From Epithemia pelagica (lineage: Eukaryota > Protista > Bacillariophyta): DNA of 64,000 bases. Of this stretch, positions 9,741 to 20,977 are shown piece by piece. Under the pieces are notes generated by a model. That model ran no database searches, had not been told where the DNA came from, and was given only the letters and a program-made list of their open reading frames with translations. The translations under genes and the position numbers were made by a program. The DNA lies in contig OX337232.1 of assembly GCA_946965045.2 (NCBI GenBank), positions 3,534,001 through 3,598,000 of the forward strand, given 5' to 3'. The stretch's first letter is position 1. Each line of letters begins with the position of its first letter.

Positions 9741-11543
9741 TTAGTCTAACGAGACTCGCGCCCGTTTCACCCGTCGATTCTCTGGAGATTCATCCACAAC
9801 GACAGTCGACTGTGGATTCGGGTTGGCTGTTGTTGCTGTGCAACTATTGGACGGAAGTTTCACGTCCACCTTTTGTAGCTCAATATGGGTGTGCTTAATA
9901 AAGTCCGTTAAGGACGACCGAGAAGGATTCGGATTGGACAAGAAGCCTTGTACAAGGAACTCTTCCCTGGATTGTTCCTGGGAAGGCTTGTCACCATGAG
10001 ATTTGACAAGTTCGAGCCGTTTGTTCAGAAAGCTTGCAAGGGCTTTCAGAGCTTCGATTGGCAGTACGCTCAAATCGTCTTGGCCTGGAGTTTCAATGAT
10101 TGGGAGCATTGCCGCATCGAGTTTCTGTCCCTCTTTGATAATGTCTTGAACAAGCATGTCATTTCGAGTCTCTACATCTTTTAGCTTGTCAGTCAACTGT
10201 GCGTTCTCGTTCTGAACGGTCTTGAGCTTTTCGCCAGCACGTTTCAAATCTGCTTTCTCTTGCTTCAACTTTTCGTTCAAGCTTTTGTTGTCGATCGAGA
10301 GACTTTTCCAACTCTCCTCGAACTTTTCTTTTTCTCGCAAGGCGTCATCTCTTTCCCTCTTGAGTTTGGCTTCACCCTGCTCGTCCTTCCCAGAACCGCT
10401 AAGCGCTTTTTTCGTCAAGATGCATTGAAAGGCGTGATGAAACACCTGTCGCAGCAATTCCGTGCGGCGCTTGGGGAGATTGTGGTGACCAGACAAATAC
10501 TCAAGGACAGGACTGAGCAGCAGACTGTCTTGAATCTTTGTGTCATCAATATGAAACAAGCTCTCGGGGCACAATCGGGCCAGATGCAAAAACCTTTCAT
10601 CATCCTTGGGGCAACAATCTATGGGTAATTCACCGTCGTTGTTCTTTTGCAAAAAGGCTTCTGGATACTCTGAGTAGAGATACTGAAATGTGTCGGCATA
10701 GTCTTTTTCTTCGTTACTTGTGACCAAATGAGCAGGCAAGTTTCCATCATTGTCCATCACACGTACAGAATCTGGATACGCTTCTACCAAGGCCTTTATA
10801 ACGCGGGTCGGCTGGGTTTAACATGCATAATGAAGAGGTAGCATCTTCGTAGAGGATTCTTGCTTGGAAGCATGTTCGGGTCGGGCCTTGAGGAGGCACA
10901 ACACGGCATCTGGATTGGAACCATATATAGTTGTGCATGCGACATGCAACAAATACGTTCCATCATCGTCACAGATATCAATGGGTTCTTGGTATCGGTC
11001 CAAAAGCATCTCCACCAAATCTTGGTTTGCGCCCACCGCCACGTCGATTGGAAAATTTCCATTCTTGTCCCTTTGTCGAATTCCCTCTGGATACAACTCT
11101 AGCAACAAGGAAGCCACTTGCTTGCCCTCCTTTCCTAGAAATGGCTCGGCAGCTTGACGATGAATGGGAAGTTGCCCCTTACTGTTTGGTGTGGAAATGC
11201 ATTCCGGTAGTACTTTGTAAAAGAGCTCAACAAGGGTCTTGTCCCATTGGGCCCATTTGAAATGCAGGGGACGATTCCCACGAATGTCTTCTTTGAGGAG
11301 CACATCAGGATACAGGCTCAATATTTTGGAGACGAGCTTGTAGCCGTTGGGAAAGGGGAACGCGCGATAATTGAGGAGTTGATGGAGTGGGTATTGTCCA
11401 CTCGAGTGTCTGGCTTTGGCAAGGGCCACACCATGTTCGCCATTGAAGAGTTCCAGGAGCGCTTCCATTTTTTCTTCCTCCCAAAGCTTGGCATGAAGAG
11501 TTTTATGGAATGATTTGAGCAGGGAGTCTGTTGACGCGGTCAT
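9741..11543 (-). pseudogene. Ankyrin-coiled-coil gene A1 with one in-frame stop
   Basis: ATG in cccaccATGacc context at 11543 (MTASTDSLLK). ORFs 10818..11741 and 9741..10790 are the same frame, split only by TAA 10818-10820 (HYAC*TQP vs HYACKTQP in A2). Ends VDESPENRRVKRARVSLD. Confidence 0.85.
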
Positions 11544-12229
11544 GGTGGGTGACAAGAGGGGAAGTAGACAATGGCGCTCTGTTAGTTCTTTTGTGACGAT
11601 GATGAGAATGAGAGGGCATCGGCAATCGGCATCGGTGGGAATTGTCGGAGGGAAAAGTGGGAAGCGGCGCGCTCTCCAGAATCCACGCCTGCACATCACC
11701 GCTAGACCGAGCGGCAAGGTACCGCGTAAAAAGCGCGACAATGCGTGGTTGAAAGGTTCTCGTGACTGATCTACCTACCGAATGCATCCAAAGCTTGTTC
11801 GTCGGAAGAGAAAACATGGAGTATCAAACAATCAATCGAACTCGGCGAGAACGAATGTTTAACGACACACCGTAATGGTTCGATTCGAACATTTCAGACT
11901 TTGCTGTTGTACTCCAAAAAAGCCACCAGCCACTGCTCCTAGCTCGCCACATGGCTTAGAACAGGTCGGAGATTCACTTTGTTCTTGGGAGTACTCCTAC
12001 AAATGCTTCCTTTGGCCAGACGACGTCAAGGGTGAATCATCCGAAACGATATTCATCAACGAACTCCTAAGGCGTATGCTGTGCTGTCTTGTCGCTTTCC
12101 TTTGCTATTATCCATTCAAACTGAACGCGTACAGGCAGAGTCATTGAAAAGATAATATAAACACGACATGATATTCGTTTGTCCCATCGGAGTGTCTAAA
12201 GTCCCGTCATGTTTATGTGCATCGTTTCA

Positions 12230-14152
12230 CTAGTCCATGGAAACTCGAGCCCGTTTCGCACGTTGATTCTCTGGGGATTCATCGACAGTAACTGTTGACT
12301 GTGGATTCTGGTTGCCTGTTGTTGTGGTGCAACCATTGGACGGTAGTTTCACATCCATCTCCTGTAGCTCACGATAGGTGCACTTGATAAGGCTTGTCAG
12401 GGACGACCGAGAAAGATTTGGATTCGATAGGAAACCTTCCAAGAGCAGCTGTTGACTGGAGATTTCTGTTGAAGGTTTGCCACTACCATGAGATTTGACG
12501 AGTTCTTGTCGTCTATTCAAAAGGCTTGCAAGGGCTTTCAGAGCTTCCATCGGCAGTGTATTCGAGTCGTCCTGGCATGTTGGTTCAATGAATGGAAGCA
12601 GTGCCGCATACAATATCTGACCCTCCTTGATGAAGTCTTGAACTAACAAGCCATTTTGAGTCTGGAGAGATATTAGTTCTTGAGTCAACCGTGCCCTCTC
12701 GGTTTCAACCGTCGTGAGTTTTTCATCAGCACTCTTTGCGCCTGCTTCCTCTTTCTTCAACCTCTCTTTCAAGTTGCTGTTGTCAATCGAGAGACTTTTC
12801 CAGCGTTCCTCAAGATTTTCTGTTTTGCGCAAGGCTTCGTCTCTTTCCCTTTCTACATTTTTTAGCCTGTGAGACAATTTAACCCCCTCCTCCTCAAGCT
12901 TTTCTTTTTTGCACAAGGCTTCGTATCTCTCCTTTTCTATAACTGCTAGCTTGTGAGACAATGTAGCCCTGTCATCCTGCGTTTGTTTCTTCCTTTTTCC
13001 CAAGTTTCTGGTTTCAGACTTGAGTCTTTTGTTTTCTTCCTCAAGCTTATCTTTTTCATGCAAGGCTCCGTCTCTTTCCTTTTCTACATTTTTTAGCCTG
13101 TGAGTCAATTTAGCCCCCTCCTCCTCAAGCTTTTCTTTTTCGCGCAAGGCTCCGTCTCTTTCCTTTTCTACAACTTTTAGCAATTCCGCACTGTCGTCCT
13201 GAGTTTGTTTATTTCTCTTTTTCAAGTTTGTGGTTTCAGTCTCAAGCCTTTTGTTTTCTTCCTCAAGCTTTTCTTTTTCGCGCAAGGCTTCGTCTCTTTC
13301 CCTCTTGAGTTTGTTCTTAATCTCCTCGTCCTTACAAGAACCTTCATGTGCTTTCTCGGCCAAGAGGCATTGAAAGACCTCGTGAAATACTTTTCGTAGC
13401 ATATTCACGCGGCACCTCGCGAGATTTCGTTTGACCAAAAAGTCTAGAACAGGATTGAGCAGCACACTGCTATGGATGTTCCTTTCATTTATGTGAAATA
13501 AACTTTTCGGGCACAATTTGGCCAAATGCAAAAACCGGTCATCGTCCTTGGCGCAGCAATCAATGGGCATCTCACCATTTTTGTTCTTGTGCATAAAGGC
13601 TTCAGGGTACTTTGTGTGCAGATACTCCAAGTTGTAGTATCCTTTATTGCCAGCGGCAAAATGAGCCGGTAAGTTCCCGGCGGCATCCATGATGCGGAGG
13701 GCATCTGGATAAACTTCAACCAAGGCCTTTATCACCTTGTCCGGCTGCGTTTTGCATGCATAATGAAGAGGTAGCATCTTGGTGGAGGCTTCTTGCTTGA
13801 AAGCATGTTCGGGTCGAGCCTTGAGGAGGCACAACACAGCATCGGGATTGCAACCACTGTCTTTGACTTTGGTTGCACATGCGAGATGCAATGCATACCT
13901 ACCACCTTTATCGCACGTATCAATGGCTGCGGGAAACAGGCTCAATAACTTGGAAATAAGTTTGTATGCTTTTGAGAAGAAGAAGGCATCATGCGTGACT
14001 ATTCGATGCAGGGGGTACTGTCCAAGCGAGTCTTTGGTTTTGGCAATGGCTTTACCATGCTTCCCATTGAGGAGTTCCAAGAGCTCTTCGTCACGTCCCA
14101 AACGAAGAGCTTTGTCGAATGCTTTGATCTGGGACTCTGTTGATGCGGTCAT
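12230..14152 (-). CDS. Ankyrin-coiled-coil protein A2 (intact, 640 aa)
   Basis: Start MTASTESQIK at 14152. Ankyrin motifs QYPLHRI, RYALHLAC, MLPLHYAC and NLPAHFAA; about six ERD(E/G)ALxEKEKLEEE coiled-coil repeats; C-terminal FLSNPNLSRSSL...KRARVSMD. Confidence 0.88.
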   Translation of the reverse strand: MTASTESQIKAFDKALRLGRDEELLELLNGKHGKAIAKTKDSLGQYPLHRIVTHDAFFFSKAYKLISKLLSLFPAAIDTCDKGGRYALHLACATKVKDSGCNPDAVLCLLKARPEHAFKQEASTKMLPLHYACKTQPDKVIKALVEVYPDALRIMDAAGNLPAHFAAGNKGYYNLEYLHTKYPEAFMHKNKNGEMPIDCCAKDDDRFLHLAKLCPKSLFHINERNIHSSVLLNPVLDFLVKRNLARCRVNMLRKVFHEVFQCLLAEKAHEGSCKDEEIKNKLKRERDEALREKEKLEEENKRLETETTNLKKRNKQTQDDSAELLKVVEKERDGALREKEKLEEEGAKLTHRLKNVEKERDGALHEKDKLEEENKRLKSETRNLGKRKKQTQDDRATLSHKLAVIEKERYEALCKKEKLEEEGVKLSHRLKNVERERDEALRKTENLEERWKSLSIDNSNLKERLKKEEAGAKSADEKLTTVETERARLTQELISLQTQNGLLVQDFIKEGQILYAALLPFIEPTCQDDSNTLPMEALKALASLLNRRQELVKSHGSGKPSTEISSQQLLLEGFLSNPNLSRSSLTSLIKCTYRELQEMDVKLPSNGCTTTTGNQNPQSTVTVDESPENQRAKRARVSMD

Positions 14153-14333
14153 GGTGGGAGACGAAAGGGGAAGTAGACTCTCTTGATTTCGAACTACCTT
14201 GGAGTTTATCTGGCACCGCGGTATCAACAGCAGGGGGATGAAATAAAATATCCCTCGATCTTACTTTTTCTCTCACTGACCCCGACGCCAGGGTTGCACC
14301 GCATCCATCACGATCGTAGGGTAGGTCTTGGGA

Positions 14334-17300
14334 TTTTTTATTTTACAATCTATGGTCGATAGGGGGGGACTCCTAAGCGGGCAGGTCGCAAAGGAGTGGG
14401 GCGTTATCAGTAAGGTGAACATATTCCTCCATGGGGATGGGGGAATAAATTGGTGTCACTGGACCGAATCCAAGCCGGGCTAAGTTTTGGATCTGTGATG
14501 TCCTTGTGGTGGTTTTTGCTTTGTGGTTCCGGATGGTGGCCATGTGTGTATTGGCATGGGTGGCTAAACTGGAGACGATAGCGTGGCTGAGGGAGAGTTT
14601 GGCGAAGTGGCCGAGGGAGTAGACGTTGGCGGCCGGGTAGCAGAATTTGGTGATGTCTTTGTTGGCGGTGGAGATGATCTTGGATGGTGCATGTCGAAGG
14701 TGTTGATACAGTGCGAAAGCTGCTGGGTGGGAGAGACTGCGAGAGGCGTTTCTGCCAAAGTGTGGGTCTTGCCAATTTGGTGGGTGGGCAGTGGAAAAAG
14801 GGTGTGGGTTGTTGTCGCTTGAGAACAGCAATGTTTCAGCGAAAGATCCCAAGGATCCAAGGTGGTCGACGGTAAAAGGAAGAAGATACACGCCGTTGTG
14901 GAGGAGGTGTTTGGCTGTCTCTGGGTCCCTGCAGTATTTTGCGCGCGCTGATTCTTGATGCGTCCTGGATGCATGTGCTGTTAGTTGTTGATGGTCGGAC
15001 GGGTCAAGGGTGGGCGTTGGCTGCTGCGGTGGGGGGACAGTGACGTCGATTGCGAGGTATTGAAATTCATCGTTGTTGTGTGGCTGACTCAGCAATAAAC
15101 CGACATCAGCGGGCCGGATGTTGCGGTTGTGCATCGGCGCAAGGCCTGGTGGCTCGACGTGGACATCGTGTGGGGTGTCGACAACCTTGGCAGCGGGGGC
15201 TAGATGGCGTAGGACGTCATACAGAGTGTCTCGGATGGCGTTTGACAAAGCAGTTTTGGATGCTTGACTGCAGCCGAAGAGGTGGTCGCCGTGTGGATCG
15301 AGTGGCTTGGAGCATTTGCACGATTGAAGGTCGTTGCAAGGGTGGACGAAGTGGAGTGGCAAGCGTAGTTTTCGTTTCAGGGCGGTCGCAAAGACTTTGT
15401 TGTCGAGGCGGAAATCGGAGGCTGAAAGGGGTACGGAGAAGGGCATACTCGTGAGGGGAGACAGGACGGACGGAAGGAAGATCCGTTGGTCTGGTTTGGT
15501 CGCGCGGAAGATTTTCGGGATCACATGCTCTTTGAGGATATGGTCCATTTGGCGGTTGTGAGTTGAGCGATCGAAGCGTTCGACGGTGAACAATGATTCG
15601 TCGGCATATTCGTTGGCGAAAAGTGAGAGTGCTTTGCGGAATTTCGTCATTTCTGGGCTGGTGTTTTCCTGCCAGTTTCTGTATGTTTGTTGATGGACAG
15701 TCGGGAGAGGGCTGTGTTCGGAATGTGCCATGGCTATGGCCTGTGCTGTTTGGGTCAAAAATCTTGGGTATGCCGCGGCCGCGGCGTTTTGGTATCCTGT
15801 GCCGCCCAGTCGTTGGGGCAGGGAAGCGATCAGGGTTGACGGGACAAGGACCATGTCGATTGGGGTGGATGTTAGTCGTGCAAGGAATGTAGCAATCAGC
15901 CGTTCCATTTTGATTGTTGTTGGGCTGGTCCAGAGTGTGGACGTTGGGCGCCCGGCCGGGTTGGCCAAGGTGATATCTGCTGGTAGCAAATGCAGAATGG
16001 AGGAAACCAGCGAGAAGCGGAAGAGAGTGTGTTTTGTTTGGAGGTCGTGCAGCTGATGAAGCTTGTCTAATTTGTTTTCCAGTTTTGCGATTTTAGAGGC
16101 GATGTATTGTCGGGCGAAATTGGAGGATCCAATTGGTTGGCCAAGAAATCGGACGCCGGTTGTGATTTCGGCCTTCTCTGGGGACGTCGGTGAGAGGAAT
16201 GTCAAAGCTTCTTGCAGTCCTTGTCTTTGGCTGGGTGAGAGCTTTTTGATGGGAGATTCACCAGTTGTGGAGGTGAGTATGTTTGTTTTGTTGTGGTTGA
16301 GGATGATGCCAAGCGGTGTCCCTAACTCTTGGAATCTCTGCAGAAACCAGGGGAGGTCGGCATGGGGGAGACACACGGAGGTGTCGTCCATGATTGACGC
16401 CGTGTGTGCCAATCCGCCCATTCCGTCGTCGTATGGAATGTCTTGTTGTTTGCGTTTTGCCGCTCGTTGTGCCTGTTCTTTGTTGATTTTGTTTGTCAGG
16501 GCCAGTAGGACCAGACAAGAGAAAAGCGGGCTGAGTGGGCAGCCCTGTGGGAACCCTTCCTCTTGCCAGAGGTGTTGTGGCTTTTTGTTTTCATCGAAGT
16601 ACCATGATTTGCATGGTTTCGAAGTGAGGAGGTCGAAGATTGGGACCAGTGGTTTCGTGGCGTCGTCGGACAGCAATATACGTCTCGCTTCTGTCCGGGA
16701 GACATTGTTAAACATGTTGGTAAGGTCTAACAACAATAAACTTCTTGTTGGTGGTTGGTTGCTGGTGGTGTCCTTGATGTCGTTTTGGCGGGTGATGAAT
16801 TTGCGCACCGCGGCGGCTGTGGTCTGGGCGACAACGTCGACGCCGCCGGGGATTTGTATTCCATACTGTCCTCCTTTGAGGAGGATGGGGGATATGTGTT
16901 CTGTGACGTGGACTAGTGCCGTTTTTGCGGCGACTCTGCGGATTGCTGTCCCGATCCCGATGGGACGGAGCTTCTCCAGGTTGGACAGGTCCTTGTGAAG
17001 GGCCAGGAAGTAGTTGCTTGCCAACAGGGTTTGTATCGATGGCGGGACTTGAGCCGTTACCACGAGCTGGAGGAGCGTTTTGATCTTGCCAAAGTATGGT
17101 CTGGTGGAATTGGCTGCTTTGGTTGTACGGTGGAGAGCCATGGAGACGATTGCGTCTATGCAGTTGGCGAATGGGCCGGAGGCCGTGCCCGGTTTCATTT
17201 GGCGGAGGGCTAGCTCGAAGTTGCTGTCTTCCAGTCTGAGGTATTGGTTGGCCGGTGGAGGATCTCCCGTTTGTCCTTGTGCTCGTGTGCTTGGTGGTGG

Positions 17301-17549
17301 TTGTCGATGGGGGGGAAACAGTTCGTCTTTGCATCGTTGAATTCTGGGTGGTGTAAGGGTCGCCGTGGGCGTATCCTCTGAAAAACCAGTAGTGGCGGCG
17401 ACGCGCCCTCGCTATTTGGCCCCTCGTTAGCGATCTCCCCCAACCTACCCCCAAGCAGCAAGCAGGGGTGATCCCGTCCCGCGTGTTTGAATGCACGATG
17501 CATTAACGTACCTTTAGGTATGACTTATGTGCGACATCGACTCACCGGG
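14334..17549 (-). mobile_element. CRE-like non-LTR retrotransposon (RT + CCHC + restriction-like endonuclease), probably 5'-truncated
   Basis: 7-bp direct repeat CTTGGGA at 14327-14333 and 17550-17556. A-rich 3' tail (TAAAATAAAAAA on the minus strand) ends at 14334. Contains the RT/REL ORF. Confidence 0.88.
14373..17411 (-). CDS. Non-LTR retrotransposon polyprotein (first ATG 17198; frame open from 17411)
   Basis: RT motifs LRPIGIGTAIRR, LLDLTNMFNNVSR, GFPQGCPLSP, IMDD, LNHNKT and FLGQPIG. Zn knuckle CKC..D.HGDHLFGC. REL endonuclease RPAD...IDVTV...KY...LPFTVDHLG. Confidence 0.9.
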   Translation of the reverse strand, partial: RGRVAATTGFSEDTPTATLTPPRIQRCKDELFPPHRQPPPSTRAQGQTGDPPPANQYLRLEDSNFELALRQMKPGTASGPFANCIDAIVSMALHRTTKAANSTRPYFGKIKTLLQLVVTAQVPPSIQTLLASNYFLALHKDLSNLEKLRPIGIGTAIRRVAAKTALVHVTEHISPILLKGGQYGIQIPGGVDVVAQTTAAAVRKFITRQNDIKDTTSNQPPTRSLLLLDLTNMFNNVSRTEARRILLSDDATKPLVPIFDLLTSKPCKSWYFDENKKPQHLWQEEGFPQGCPLSPLFSCLVLLALTNKINKEQAQRAAKRKQQDIPYDDGMGGLAHTASIMDDTSVCLPHADLPWFLQRFQELGTPLGIILNHNKTNILTSTTGESPIKKLSPSQRQGLQEALTFLSPTSPEKAEITTGVRFLGQPIGSSNFARQYIASKIAKLENKLDKLHQLHDLQTKHTLFRFSLVSSILHLLPADITLANPAGRPTSTLWTSPTTIKMERLIATFLARLTSTPIDMVLVPSTLIASLPQRLGGTGYQNAAAAAYPRFLTQTAQAIAMAHSEHSPLPTVHQQTYRNWQENTSPEMTKFRKALSLFANEYADESLFTVERFDRSTHNRQMDHILKEHVIPKIFRATKPDQRIFLPSVLSPLTSMPFSVPLSASDFRLDNKVFATALKRKLRLPLHFVHPCNDLQSCKCSKPLDPHGDHLFGCSQASKTALSNAIRDTLYDVLRHLAPAAKVVDTPHDVHVEPPGLAPMHNRNIRPADVGLLLSQPHNNDEFQYLAIDVTVPPPQQPTPTLDPSDHQQLTAHASRTHQESARAKYCRDPETAKHLLHNGVYLLPFTVDHLGSLGSFAETLLFSSDNNPHPFSTAHPPNWQDPHFGRNASRSLSHPAAFALYQHLRHAPSKIISTANKDITKFCYPAANVYSLGHFAKLSLSHAIVSSLATHANTHMATIRNHKAKTTTRTSQIQNLARLGFGPVTPIYSPIPMEEYVHLTDNAPLLCDLPA

Positions 17550-17599
17550 CTTGGGAGTACCCCCCAACCGTCACAGCTCATGATGGCTCATGGGTAAAG

Positions 17600-18330
17600 C
17601 TATACCCGTGATTCATTTTTCCCCACAGTCCCATGACTAATATACCTCCCGATTATCCATATTGTATCTTGCCCCTTCGCTCTAGGCATGACATCTCTCC
17701 TAAGACAATGACCGAGTACCTTGCTAACGTCTCGGATCTTTCAGGATGATGAGAATGGAGTAGCGAGAGACAGTACTGGTTTCATTGAGTACCAATTGAG
17801 CATATCAAGACTGTTGGTTTGTCAAAAAAAAGGCCCCAGGCACTAGGGTTCGTCCGAACTGGAGCTTTCCACATGACTTAAAGGTTTGCGGTCGAACGCC
17901 AGGTGAATCATCCAAAATGAGATGCATCAGCCGTTCTCTAGGCCACCTGGCTCCTCTTGTCTCTTTATCCTACTAGACAGTACCCATTTCAGCTAGAGGC
18001 ACAACGGCAAATCTCATTTCTCGTTTAGATAAAATACATCTATATAACGGAACAGTGCACAAAGAAATGAGACTGGTCTGTGATTCAAAATCATATCCAT
18101 GTCGTTGTTAAGAAGTCCACTGAGTCCTCTTCTCTTTATCTAGCCGGTGCCTATTTGTGAAAAACACCTAAAGACAAGTCTCGTTCGTCGCTAATAACTA
18201 ATTACTATCGATATAAAGGAACAGTGCACATAGAAATGATACTGGTTTGTGATCAGGCCAATGGGACAAGAACACTTCCAACGCGTATAGATAGATCAGT
18301 CTTCTGAAACTCAAGCCCGTTTCTCTAGGG
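17600..18330. repeat. Non-coding spacer module M (copy 1; copies at about 35480-35960 and 40980-41460)
   Basis: Shared blocks GTGATTCA, GTGACTA.T.TACCT.CCG, CTAGACAGTA(C/T)...CATT.CAGCTA and TTCCAACGC.TA.A.ATAGATCAGTC occur in all three copies. Confidence 0.75.
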
Positions 18331-18332
18331 AT

Positions 18333-19997
18333 TCATTCATAACGACAGTCGATTGTGGATTCTCTTCGGCTGTTCATCTCTTGTAGCTCACGATAGGTGC
18401 TCTTGATATAGCTTATCAAGGACGACCGAGAAAGGTGAGGATTCGACAGGAAACCTTCCAAGAGCAGCTGTTCCCTGGACGGTTCCGATGATGGATTACC
18501 GCCATGAGATTTGACGAGTTCAAGTCGTTTGTTCAGAAAACTCACAACGGCTTTCAAAGATTCCATTGGTAGTTCGTCTTCGCATGTTGTTTCAATGAAT
18601 GAGAGAAAAATCTCATCTAACTTCTGTCCCTCTTTGATTGTGTCTCGACGTAACAAGGAATTTTGAGTTTCTGCAACTTTGAGCTCGCCTGTCACTTGGA
18701 TCTTCTCGTTCTGAACAGTCTTGAGCTTTTCCTCAACACCAATCGATTATGTTCTCTGTTCTTGCAACTGCTCTTTCAAGTTCCTGTTTTCAATCAAGAC
18801 AGCTTTCCAGCGTCCCTCAAGTTTCTCTTTATCGTGCAAGGCTTCGTCCCTTTCCCTCCTGAGCTTCTTGTTTTCAACCTCCTCGTCCTTTCCAGAAACT
18901 ATCTGTGTCATTTTGGCCAAGAGACATTGAAAAACATGATGAAAGACCTGCCGCACCATATCCGCACGGCACTTTGGGAGATTTTGTTTGCTAACCAAAT
19001 ACTGAACGAGAGGACTGAGTAGCGCACTGTCTTGGATGTTCGTTTCATTGATGCGAAACAAGCTCTCTGGGCATAGTCGAGCCAGCTCCAAAAATGTGGA
19101 ATCATCCTTGGCGCAGCAATCAATGGGCAACTCACCGTGCTTGTTCTTGTGCAGAAAGGCTTCTGGGTATTGCGAGAACAGGTATTCCAAGGTGTTGAAT
19201 CTTTGATTGCCAGCGGCAAAATGAGCCGGTAAGTTCCCCTTGGCATCCCTGAGGCGGAGGGCATCTGGATGTGCCTCTACCAAGGCCTTGATAACGCTGG
19301 TTGGATGGTTTTTACATGCATAATGAAGAGGCAGCATCTTGGTGGAGGCTGAGGGCTTGGAAGCGTGCTCGGGTCGAGCTTTGAGGATACACAATACTGC
19401 ATTCGAGTTGAAATGAGGCTCGCAAGCACATGCGGCATGCAACAAATATGTGCCATCATCGCTACACTCATCAATCGAATTGGGGTATCGATCCAGAAGA
19501 ATTTTTACCACCTCTTGATTTCCAATAACCGCCAAATCGATGGGCAAATCTCCGTTGTTGTCCCTGTGTCGAACTCCATCAGGATACAACTCGAGCAACA
19601 AGGTAGTCAGTTCTTCGCCCTCTCTCATCATGAATTTCTCGGCAGCTACAAGATGAAGGGGTAGCCGACCTTCTCTGTTGGGTGTGGAGATGCATTTCGG
19701 TTGCACTTTGTAAAAGAGCTCAATCAGCTTCTTGTCCCAATCCCCCTGCTGGATATGAATGGGAAGATTCCCACGATTGTCCTTTTCTAGGAGCGCATCC
19801 GGATACAGGTCCAATAACTTGGATACAAGTTAGTACCCTTTGGAACGCCGGGAAACACGATCCTTAAGTATTCGATGGAGGGGATATTGTCCCATCGAGT
19901 CTTTGATTCTTGCCATGGCTGCACCGTACTCCCCATTGAGAAGTTCCAAGAGCTCTTCCTCACGTCCCAAATGAAGACGCTTGTCGAATGATTTCAT
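18333..19997 (-). pseudogene. Ankyrin-coiled-coil gene A3 with two in-frame stops and a damaged tail
   Basis: One frame from ATG 19997 (MKSFDK) with TAA at 19830-19832 (KGY*LVSK) and TAA at 18747-18749. The terminal NPQSTVV...KRA motif is out of frame near 18300-18360. Confidence 0.82.
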
Positions 19998-20800
19998 GAG
20001 AGACGCGGTTGATCTACGAAAGGGAAAAGGGAGACAATGGTTCAGGGTCTGGTCTACCTCCCTGCTTCTGCTTGGGCCGACATAATATAAGTTTGCGAGT
20101 TGCGAGGCAAGAAGTGGGGAGCTGTCACGCCTGCACATCCCAACCGGATACGAATACAAGCACATATATTCAAGGAACGAAACTGCGTGACTCATTTATC
20201 GTTCCCACCGATTTCGTCCAACGCATGTGCATCAAATGCTCGTGTACAAAAAGGCGAACTCACATGTCTTGGTTCTTCTAGGAGGAAGAGAGAGAATGGT
20301 GTACTTCTGTAAGGTGACACTCAAATGACTTTCGATGGAGCTGCTGCAATCGAACAGATCAAGAGTTTTGGGTTTCCCCAAGCAAAAAGCACCCCTTCTT
20401 CATGGTTCGAGCCTGGGCTTTCGACATGACGAAAACGGTCCGAGATTGGTTTGGTTTTGAGTACCAGCACTGACAGTACGAGACTCGAAAAGCTCGCAGG
20501 GAGACGGTGATGTATGGCCCGCCGAATCCTTTCGCTGTTCCATAGTACCCCAGTCATGCGACAACTCCTTTCATTGACACCATTGGTAGCTCGAATTTCC
20601 TTTTGCTTGGTCTCGTTTTTCAAGAAGATTCAGGAACGTCAGAACATCGTGACTCTGTTTCGCATCAGGAGCAGGAGAGCATCGTGATGTGGTGCCGAGT
20701 GGAGGAGGAAAAGATGGAGAAGAATCGATCGATATAGTTCCGTTTGCGCGCTATTGGACTTTTCCCACGCAAGCCTTTCCCTTCTCATTAAAAAAAGGCA

Positions 20801-20900
20801 TGACGTGCTCGGACCTTTGGCTGCGTATGCGCGAACGCTGGCGGATATCTCGGACGCTCCGATGAAATGCCGCCACAATTGGAACTTTGCGGTTTGTTCG
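20801..20900. promoter_or_regulatory. Conserved ~100-bp element upstream of B genes (copy 1)
   Basis: GACGTGCTCGGA...ATGCGC.AACGC.GGCGGA...TCGGACGCTCC.A.GAAATGCCGCCACAATTGGAACTTTGCG, found in front of all four B copies. Confidence 0.5.
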
Positions 20901-20977
20901 GATATAGAGAATCTCGATCGGTGCCATCGAGGGATACTTTTGTTTTCTTGAGAGAGAACGACAACGACCGAACGACC

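Noticed and set aside
16063-16998. 311-aa plus-strand ORF, and the 262-aa overlapping ORF 16708..17496
   Set aside because: Antisense or alternative-frame shadows of the RT ORF; no recognisable motifs.
17412-17549. Self-cleaving ribozyme at the retroelement 5' end
   Set aside because: No hammerhead core (CTGATGA...GAAA), and I could not fold a convincing HDV-like pseudoknot by eye; an Infernal search would be needed.
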